Positions 12,887-20,474 of a stretch of DNA of 20,474 bases are shown one piece after another (positions within the stretch are counted from its first letter, which is position 1; each line of letters opens with the position of its first letter). Location: assembly GCA_024626585.2 (NCBI GenBank), contig JANKJI020000002.1, positions 122,595,194 to 122,615,667 of the forward strand, read 5' to 3'. Both the position numbers and the translations under genes were made by a program. This stretch comes from Ginkgo biloba (taxonomy: Eukaryota; Plantae; Ginkgophyta). Below the pieces are notes generated by a model, which made no database searches, was not told the origin of the DNA, and saw nothing but the letters and a program-made list of their open reading frames with translations.

Positions 12887-13204
12887 TGTTAAATGTGGCA
12901 GAATTTGAAGCAGACCTTCACAATAACACATAACAGAGAAACTGAACAAACACCAGTGACTATAATCTCCTCACACAAAATAGGGTCAGGCCCTCCAAAT
13001 TGGCAAATGTAAAAAATAAGATAAGATGCAGAACATTTTTTATACAGTACACTTGACTGCCTATGTACAAGAAAGACCCNNNNNNNNNNTCATGCTTGTA
13101 GCAACTCCTGAACTTGGCCATGGTTACCCATATTAGGAATCAATAACATAACTATAACAGACAAAAGTAAAAACTGTTTGTTCTTATCTCTCCCTTCCTC
13201 AACA
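12887..13204 (-). mobile_element. Candidate short LTR (~318 bp) within the repeat unit
   Basis: Minus strand starts TGTTGA after the PPT and ends TTAACA (5/6 terminal inverted match). It contains a TATA-like TGTATAAAA, and TATCAGAGC (partial Met-tRNA PBS) lies 10 nt beyond the end. The 3' boundary is tentative. Confidence 0.4.
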
Positions 13205-13216
13205 TTCTTTTCCTTC
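13205..13216 (-). other. Polypurine tract (PPT)-like motif just downstream of the chromodomain
   Basis: Minus strand GAAGGAAAAGAA immediately followed by TGTTGA. Copy C has GAGGGAAAAAA-C-AGTTGA (15988-15998). Chromodomain-PPT-TG is the normal 3' layout of chromoviruses. Confidence 0.6.
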
Positions 13217-13227
13217 AAAGCATGTTT

Positions 13228-13405
13228 TTCAAGTGGTGAAGTTATGGGACTTTTCAATGATTGCTTCAACTTCCCACATGCATCTTATTCTGATAGTTGG
13301 TTTCATTTGATGAAACACTCTAGTATTATCTTGTTACTCGAAGTCCTTCCCCTTATTATTCAAATTGGCTTTTGGCTCCAGAACCAATTTACCTTCTTTG
13401 TCCAA
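13228..13405 (-). pseudogene. Chromodomain remnant of a chromovirus (Ty3/gypsy) integrase C-terminus, in copy B
   Basis: With two frameshifts it reads LDKEGKLVLEPKA / I*IIRGRTSSNKIILECFIK*NQLSE*DA / xWEVEAIIEK. Compare the plant chromovirus pattern LDEEGKLILEPEAILxxRxRxLRNRxIxEYLIKWKNLPxEDATWE. Confidence 0.85.
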
Positions 13406-14133
13406 TGATCAACAATAAACAGTACAATATTCTCTTACCATATGGGAAGTAACTAATTTTCACTCTGCTATCATCTGTCTTCTCTCGCATTTTCTCTCTC
13501 TATGCAAACATTTCCTCTCTTTATAAATTAGGGAAGCACTATCTCACATGACACATCATTTAAATATGACCGTTCATATTAAACATGTGCCTCTTTCTCT
13601 TGATTGCACATTAACTGCTGATTACATACTAATTATCTTCATTTAGTCTTGATCCGCATTTCTGTATGCTTCCCGATTCGTGTTGGTATATTTTTGGGTT
13701 CATGCTAGTTCTTGGTTTTTGCTTTTGTATGCTTCTGGTTCACATATTCTTCTTGTCAGTTCATGCCAGTAGGCTTTCGNNNNNNNNNNTATCAGTTGGT
13801 GTAGCACCAGTGTACATTCTGTAACATTCAATTTACATTGCATAACAGTAATTTTATTATCGCTAGTCCATGCTACATGCTATCAATCTAAAATGTTTTT
13901 GTCCAAAATCATGGTTGGCACAAAAACCCAACTAACTCAGTGCTTTCACTGTGATCACTTTAGAAATCAAATTATGAATGTAAGTGGATACAAACGTGCT
14001 AACTATTCTTGGTCTTTTGGAAGAGAGTTGTACAAAGAAACAGAATTGCTCACTGATATGATTAGAAAGTAAATCAAAATATTATTTCTGCACAAACAAA
14101 CAAATTGTTGTCTTGCTACTTGGCCTCCCAAGT

Positions 14134-14187
14134 TTTTTTTTGTTTAGAGGTGGATCTTTAACCTCATTTGTCCTGAGAAGCCTCAGA
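14134..14187 (-). mobile_element. 54-bp insertion unique to copy C, with an A-tail on the minus strand and a CAAGT duplication
   Basis: CAAGT at 14129-14133 and 14188-14192, T9 at 14133-14141. Copy B has a single caagt (cttcaagtcggttgca) and copy A also lacks the insert. Confidence 0.65.
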
Positions 14188-14758
14188 CAAGTCAGTTGCA
14201 TGCTTCAAACCACAGTTACTTGGATTGGTGAAATGTTTTACGGACTCATTATTGAATACACTAACAAGTCAGAATTAAGATCCAAACAGGAGTCTATCAA
14301 TGCTCTTTAGTGTGGTTTTGACTGGTTGAAAAGGTGTTTCATAGAAATATAAATGCTTATTAAAGTACTATACATTACAAAATTACAAAGTAAATGAAAT
14401 ATTAATTGATGAGAATTTGCAGTACTTATCTAAGAAGGATCAACACCCATTATTGGTTTTAATCTTTAATGCTAAGACACAAATCAGTCTTCATATATGC
14501 TAATGTACTACCACAACTTGCTTTTCTTTTTTACTTTGAAATAGTTTTACTGTGAGAACTTTTGAGTCACATACGAGGAACCCTGCTCCATTATTTTCTA
14601 TATACGAGGTGATAAAAGGGTTGGTACTCTTGATAGAAAACGAAAGATATGTAGAGAAGAGGGTTGGGTTTTGCATCCATTGACCTGCATGCAGCCATGT
14701 AGCTATGTAATGAGGCCTGCTCAATTTGGTAAGGATGGGCTATATTTATTTCAATGTG

Positions 14759-15431
14759 CTCCTATGTTTACCATTTTCCTAGAGTAAAGGACCAAGTGTG
14801 TGGAATGCTAGAGGTATTAGGGTATTTATCCATTTTAGATATCAACAAACCAATTCCTCCATTCCTCACCGATGCCCTAGAATGTCATTTTGTTTATCAC
14901 ATAACCACCCAAGAGGAGAGGAAAGGAGGCTCTAGGAGATGATGGCAATGGGTTACCCCCTTCCCTACTGAATCATATATGAACCACATTGGTCCTTGAT
15001 TAGGGTCTTAAGACCTACCTTTCTCTTATCTCTAAAACTATGTAGACATTGTCCACTTGTAGCTTCTTTATTATAATGCCACATAGTAATCGTATGCCTT
15101 CAGTTTGGTACCCTTAGTCTAGTAGAGATATGGAGTCGTATTGTGTTTCTTTCGCATAGTTATATCTCACACATGAACCCAGGTCGCTCCTCTTCCATAG
15201 AAGGATCACTCAAGTTTATTGACATGTGTTCATCATATTCAATAGTCTCCTTATCTGAGAGGAGAAGATCCATAAGAGGAGAAGTTACCCCTTCTATANN
15301 NNNNNNNNNNNNNNNNNNNNNNNNNNNNNNNNNNNNNNNNNNNNNNNNNNNNNNNNNNNNNNNNNNNNNNNNNNNNNNNNNNNNNNNNNNNNNNNNNNTG
15401 TACCTATGCCATATGAGGCTCCCCTTGCTTT
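14759..15431. other. Foreign ~670-bp segment (includes a 100-N gap) replacing ~80 bp of copy C
   Basis: Similarity to B stops after ttcaatgtg (14758, B 12559) and resumes at ctaaacttagtcatgcttcaagttg (15432, B ~12639). No TSD or recognisable protein motif was seen. Confidence 0.75.
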
Positions 15432-16009
15432 CTAAACTTAGTCATGCTTCAAGTTGGAACTTTGACCTCTATTTTAACTCATTTATATGAGAGTCTTCAA
15501 ACAAGCGACACAATGCAACTCAGACTCTTGGTAACTATGCTTCAAACTCTTCGTAGGAATTGCTTTATTTATGCATGCTAGATGAAAATTGTAGTTTGTT
15601 GCATAAGCAAACTCATATACTAAGTATAGATGAAATCATTTACAACCATAGACGAGCTCTGATAAATGACATGCTGTTAAATTTGGCAGAAATTGAAGCA
15701 AACCTTTAGAATAACACATAATAGAGAAACTAAGCAAACACCAATGATTATAATCTTGTCACAGAAAATAGGGCCCTCCTAATTGGCAAAAGTCGAAAAT
15801 AAGATAAGATATAGAACATCTTTTATACAGTACACTTGACAACCTATGTATAAGGGAGGCCCAGATATACTTGTAGCATCTCCTGAACTTAGCCATGGTT
15901 ACCCATACTACGAACCACTATCAGAAATACATAACTATAGTAGAGAAAAGTAAAAGATATGTGTTTGTAGCTGTCCCCCCTCAACTGTTTTTTCCCTCAA
16001 AGCATGTTT

Positions 16010-16183
16010 TTCAAGTGGTGTAGGTATGGAATTTTATGCAACTGTTTAGCTTCCGACATGCATTTTCTTCTGATAGTTGGTTTCATTTGATGAAATGCTC
16101 TGGTATTACATTGTTCCTTGATGCCCTTCCCCTTATATTCAAATTGCTTCTTGCTCCATAACTAATTTACCTTCTTTGTCCAA
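16010..16183 (-). pseudogene. Chromodomain remnant of a chromovirus integrase C-terminus, in copy C
   Basis: LDKEGKLVMEQEAI / NIRGRASRNNVIPEHFIK*NQLSEENA, with the same Trp-to-TGA stop as copy B. Confidence 0.82.
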
Positions 16184-16520
16184 TGATCAACAATAAACAT
16201 TACAATATGCTCTCACCATACAGGCAGTGACTGATTTTCCCTCTGTTATCACCTGTCCTCTCTCATTTTCTCTCTCTATTTAAACATTTGTTCTCTTTAT
16301 AAACTAGTGAAGCACCATCTCATGCGACACATCATTTGCATATCACCTTTCATATTAACGTGAGCCTCTTTCTCTAAATCACTCATGCACTGCTTATTAT
16401 ATGCCAATTATCTTCATTAGTCTTGATCCACACTTCTGTATGCTTTTTCATTCTTGCGGTTTGTACTGGTATATTTTTGGGTGCATGTTAGTTCATGGTT
16501 TTTGCTTGTGGTTCATATCT

Positions 16521-16752
16521 TCTTCATGTCAGTATGCTTTCATTCTATGAGTTGGTACAGCATTGGTCTACATCATATAACAATCAATTTTCATTGCANN
16601 NNNNNNNNNNNNNNNNNNNNNNNNCGTGCTACATGCAATCAGTCTAATATGTTCTTGTCCAAAATCATGGTTGACACAAAACCTAGCTAACACTGTGCCT
16701 ACGCTGTGATCAGTTTAGAAATTATATTATGAAAAGTTGATGCAAATGCGCT
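16521..16752 (-). repeat. 2.2-kb repeat unit, copy D (partial, inverted)
   Basis: ttgtccaaaatcatggttgacacaaaacctagctaacac...attatgaaaagttgatgcaaatgcgct matches the start of B (11575-11818) and C (13755-14000). Confidence 0.88.
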
Positions 16753-16822
16753 TCAAATTGAATCAATCGATCAATTTTCAGTGCATAATCAACTTTGCAT
16801 GCTCCATCCTTCGGCCTTGATT

Positions 16823-17182
16823 CATTAAGAAGATATGAACCCAAAGCATATAGAAGCAAAACCGAGATACAGCATGAACCCAAAAGTATAACAGCACGAA
16901 TCTCGAACCCAGCATGAATGAAAAAGTATACAGAAGTGTGGACCGAGACTAAATGAAGATAAATGATATGTAATCAACAGTTAATGTGTGATTAAGAGTA
17001 AGAGGCACACGTTAATATGAAAGGTCATATGTAAATGATGTGTCATGTGAGATGGTGCTTCTCTAGTTGATAAAGAAAGCAAATGTTTAAATAGATAGAG
17101 AAAATGAGAGAGGAAACAGGTGAGAATTAGTTTCTGCTCGTATGGTGAGAGCATCTTGTACTATTAATTGTTGATCATTGGA
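16823..17182 (+). repeat. 2.2-kb repeat unit, copy E (partial, forward)
   Basis: Reverse complement of ~16179-16527 and ~13401-13750. For example, gttaatatgaaaggtcatatgtaaatgatgtgtcatgtgagatggtgcttc vs gaagcaccatctcatgcgacacatcatttgcatatcacctttcatattaac. Ends at ttgttgatcattgga. Confidence 0.9.
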
Positions 17183-18519
17183 GTAATGAGATTGTACCTG
17201 GCATTGTATCTAATGTGTTCAATTTGCAATGCTTAATGCATATGCAATCTATGTGCAATATGTGCACATAATCTCTAATATATGAACCCATTTGTTTACC
17301 GTGCATCTTAGGCAAAGGTAAACCTAATGGGGTCCACAAAAAGAAAACATTGGTTCCATTGTCTAGAATTGCCACGATACTGATGCAAATTCGAGTCCAA
17401 TAGTAGACCAAGTCTCCAAACCAACTAGACTAAAGGAAACAACCAGAGGCATGTGCCAAATATCAATGAACCTAGCTACGTTAATCATCATGGGTTTGTA
17501 ACTAAACCCACACGTGGCTAGGGACTCTCTTGACGTTGTCAAGAGAGAAACCAACGTTGGTAAAATATGGGGTACTTGGTGGGACCCACTTAAACCAACG
17601 GGGGAGGTTAGTTGATATTCATTGATAAAGCATGCATTAATTACACATACAAAAATAAGTCATGAAAACATCAAAAGAATTTGGGGTACAAAGGAATCTT
17701 CATTAAANNNNNNNNNNNNNNNNNNNNNNNNNNNNNNNNNNNNNNNNNNNNNNNNNNNNNNNNNNNNNNNNNNNNNNNNNNNNNNNNNNNNNNNNNNNNN
17801 NNNNNNNCTCTGGCTCGAAATCGTCATAATGAGGCGAATCCTGGTTGCCCTTATGCGAATATTTGGCTTTTCCCTTGCATTTCACTATCGGGGTTTGCCA
17901 GATTAACCGAGGACAGAATCTGCTGCAAACAACCAGTAGTGCCCAAAGTGCGCAGATGGGATCATGACACCCTTTGGAGGAAGGAAGGAGAAGAAACTAG
18001 AAGAAAGCAACCATACACTAGCATTGACCAGCCAAAAATACTCATAAAGTAGGCAAGATGAGAAATGTCGAAGCACTAGGGAAAATAGTGGAAGCCATCC
18101 TTGTGGGAGCAACCAATTGCAACAATGCTCACCTTTCCAAAGAAGGTACAACACCAATCCTAAATCCAGCCAGTAATGACCAAAAGTTTAAGGTCATATC
18201 CAACGAGGTGACCCTTGAAAAAATGGTAGAAGACAAAACCTAGTTGAGCTTGTACCCCAATGACAAAGCTGATAGAGTACCACCTAGTTTTTGAGATCAA
18301 TGAAAATATTGGGAAAACATTGTAAGCAACGCTAAGTTTTAGACCAATCCATAATATGCAATAGAAAAAATTACCCAAAACATCTAAATTCGAAGAATTG
18401 CCAATCACAACCCAAGTCATAACAACCTATAACATACAAAAAAAAACCTATGTAACTCAAGGTGACAAGCAGTGCATCACACATAATCCATGGTACTCCC
18501 CATATTAACCAAATTGATG

Positions 18520-18594
18520 ATAACCACAATGGGAATAACAATAACAACATCAACAACAATAATAACAGTAACAATGGCAGCGATAATAACAATC
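18520..18594 (+). repeat. Imperfect (AAY)n microsatellite, Asn-rich in the gag frame
   Basis: ataaccacaatgggaataacaataacaacatcaacaacaataataacagtaacaatggcagcgataataacaatc. Confidence 0.85.
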
Positions 18595-18639
18595 ACAAAA
18601 TTCAACATAATTGGAAAATTGGTTGCCCAACAATCGCCA

Positions 18640-19000
18640 AGCATGTAGACAACTTTTTGTCCCACCTAATGAAAGATGGGCATGAGGACCCCTATAACCA
18701 TTTGGCATTATTCCTCAAATACAACACATTTTCCCATATCATTGACAAAGACAAGGACATGAGAAGATTCTTCTAAACACTTCATGGTACTACCCTCACA
18801 TAGTACCAATGTGATTGGGATAGATTATGGATGGAAATCTAGAAGATGCTTTTAGACATTTTTTGAAAGACTTCAAGATCCAGCTTTTATTATCAAATCA
18901 TTGCGATTATTTCAACGGAGAAATCGTGAAACCATAAGGGACTTTGATGATCTACTACAGGTGTTGGCAACCACAAATTAGATGCACATTGCACTTCTAC
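18640..19000 (+). pseudogene. Retrotransposon gag remnant
   Basis: KDGHEDPYNHLALF...IIDKDKDMRRFF*TLHGTTLT*Y (cf. GxEDPxxHLxxF...LRLFPxTLxGxAxxWY), and later LRLFQRRNRETIRDF. Confidence 0.75.
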
Positions 19001-19454
19001 GATAAAATCTACCAACACCCAATGGAGAAGCACGACCGTTGTAAAACCTCCCTATGCCCTTCAAGAAACAAATGTGGAGTGAACAACTCTTTCATTACTA
19101 TCGAGACTAAGAATATAATGAGTATGATAGTATCCCTTAGAACTACTATCCATGCCTAACAAGAAATGTGGTACGTACAAACAAAAACATGGGAGTATTT
19201 AGTGAACAAATTGAGAAGTTGTGAGCCAAAATTGCCTGTTGAAACTTAAAAGGGATTGTCTAAGAAAGGGTATATGATGTGCAAAGGATAACCAGACAAA
19301 AGCATAACCATAATGAACACATTTGCTAGGAACAAGGTGAAAAGTGGTGGAGTGNNNNNNNNNNNNNNNNNNNNNNNNNNNNNNNNNNNNNNNNNNNNNN
19401 NNNNNNNNNNNNNNNNNNNNNNNNNNNNNNNNNNNNNNNNNNNNNNNNNNNNNN

Positions 19455-19600
19455 AGCAACAAAAAAGAATGGACGTAGAGTAGTCGACATAATTCAAAAA
19501 TTCTAACACTACTTACTAGGAAATTCCTTCCACTTCTATGTAGATTGTCAAATATTATTGTTGCAAGTTCAAGTGAGTTGGTGGACATTATTGTTCAAAA
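19455..19600 (+). pseudogene. Ty3/gypsy RNase H remnant
   Basis: VDIIQKF*HYLLGNSFHFYVDCQILL (cf. VYAVQKFRHYLLGNxFxFYVDHQALL). Confidence 0.85.
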
Positions 19601-19639
19601 AATCCACATTTTAAATTCATGAAACCAAGAAAATCCCAT

Positions 19640-20474
19640 GTAACTCCCAAGTCAACTTTCTCGTATTGAAACTAATGAAGAATAGATGTAGCAAACATTA
19701 CCATATACTAATTTATTTCTAATAGAAATTGTGCCTAAATGGTATGCCAATATAGTTGTGATTTCTCAAGCGGGCACATCGCTTGGATCAGATAGAGTGG
19801 AGAGAGTCTCACTTGAAAGGATTGGCCTCACCAACTCTATAAGAGACCTATATCAAATGAGGCCGAATCATATACTAAGAAGATGCACCCTACCCCACGA
19901 AGTGACAACTGCTACAAGGCAAGCCCATGAAAGACCTTCCTAAGATCAAGTTGCAAGTGATGCAACAATGGGGCAAATATTGCAAGCAAGACTGTGATGG
20001 CCAACCCTATTTGAGGATGCAAAATGATAAACGAAGAAGTTGAATGAATGCTACAAAATTCGTCAAATGCACTTAGCACTTTGTCCCATACCTACCATAT
20101 CTCCCTATGAGCATTGGGGGGTGGGCTTTGTAGGAACCATTAATCCTATTGCATGGAAAACATGGGGACGCTAGATTCTAATAACAACGTACATAGTCAT
20201 AAAACGGTGCAAAGGACATCCAATAACGCAACAAGATGTCAAAACAACAATGTGATTCTTATGCAAGATGGTAATCACACATTTTGGATGCCTGTTACAA
20301 ACAATTAGTGATAAAGATACAAAGGAATTTATGATCACTTAATAATAATCCACACTATATTACCCCTGTTGCAAATGGCATGCGAAAAGTACTAACAATA
20401 TATTGGACACAACACTCACTACAATATATAATAGTAATGTGAGCATATGATTACAACACTCAACAAATGATTAC
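19640..20474 (+). pseudogene. Ty3/gypsy integrase remnant (zinc-binding and rve core)
   Basis: QLSRIET; PKWYANI; ILRRCTLPHE...QAHE; QILQARL*WPTLFEDA; PYEHWGVGFVGTINP; VITHFGCLLQTISDKDT; STLYYPCCKWHAKSTNNIL (cf. WGIDFVGP, FGCPxxLxSDQG, STPYYPQANGQAESTNKIL). Multiple stops, and the first catalytic Asp is lost. Confidence 0.9.

Larger units (their letters stand above)
11575..13754 (-). repeat. 2.2-kb repeat unit, copy B (full length, inverted)
   Basis: gttcatgcca at 11580 recurs at 13759 (period ~2179). tacaaagaaacagaattgctcact occurs at ~11849 and ~14031. Colinear with copy C throughout. Confidence 0.93.
13755..16520 (-). repeat. 2.2-kb repeat unit, copy C (inverted, interrupted by two insertions)
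   Basis: Direct repeat of copy B: 13755-14758 corresponds to ~11575-12559, and 15432-16520 to ~12639-13750. Shared strings include ttctgatagttggtttcatttgatgaaa and aatttaccttctttgtccaatgatcaacaataaaca. Confidence 0.92.
17193..20474 (+). mobile_element. Degenerate Ty3/gypsy retrotransposon (Athila/Tat-like), internally deleted, running off the window
   Basis: Gag, RNase H and integrase remnants occur in gypsy order. The left boundary is tentative: a possible LTR TGTACC...GGTACA at 17193-17690 begins just after copy E is truncated. Confidence 0.75.

Noticed and set aside
10331-13055. A and B as terminal inverted repeats of a Mutator/foldback transposon
   Set aside because: B continues into further tandem copies, no TSD was seen, and the reciprocal breakpoints are better explained by an inversion.
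12374-14724. Similar 74-75 aa ORFs in copies B and C (QNPTLFS...STNPFIT.YIEN.G) as a conserved small protein
   Set aside because: The similarity follows from the DNA repeat. Starts and stops differ, copy A has indels and stops, and no domain is recognisable.
10331-17182. CRISPR-like array or prokaryotic invertible (recombinase) switch
   Set aside because: There is no short repeat-spacer periodicity, no recombinase or cas gene, and no matching inverted recombination sites at the two breakpoints. The context is eukaryotic TE-derived DNA.
17681-18260. Perfect 10-bp inverted pair ttggggtaca / tgtaccccaa
   Set aside because: It does not extend, has no TSD and spans a gap, so it is plausibly chance.
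18371-18665. Hydrophobic poly-Leu and Val/Ile ORFs resembling signal or membrane peptides
   Set aside because: They are antisense readings of the (AAY)n microsatellite.

Overview
AT-rich, CpG-poor eukaryotic intergenic DNA from a gappy draft assembly. It most resembles a large-genome land plant, possibly a gymnosperm (inferred from the transposable-element protein motifs). No intact host gene, RNA gene or prokaryotic system is supported. Most of the window is decayed transposable elements: LINE endonuclease and reverse transcriptase remnants (~1-850 and ~4440-5680), a Ty3/gypsy gag-protease remnant (6076-6660), a CACTA-like relic (8021-8494), and a Ty3/gypsy gag/RNase H/integrase remnant with no recognisable protease or RT (~17190-20474). 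The most structured feature is 10331-17182, about 2.8 copies of a ~2.18-kb unit. Its central 5.2-kb block (11575-16752) is inverted, and the two breakpoints are reciprocal: flipping the block restores a head-to-tail array. The inversion creates two fold-back inverted repeats, with arms of ~1.2 kb and ~0.35 kb. Each full unit carries a dead chromovirus chromodomain followed by a polypurine tract. A candidate ~320-bp LTR and a partial Met primer-binding site follow, so the array may be a tandem non-autonomous LTR element. All identities were read by eye and need alignment to confirm.
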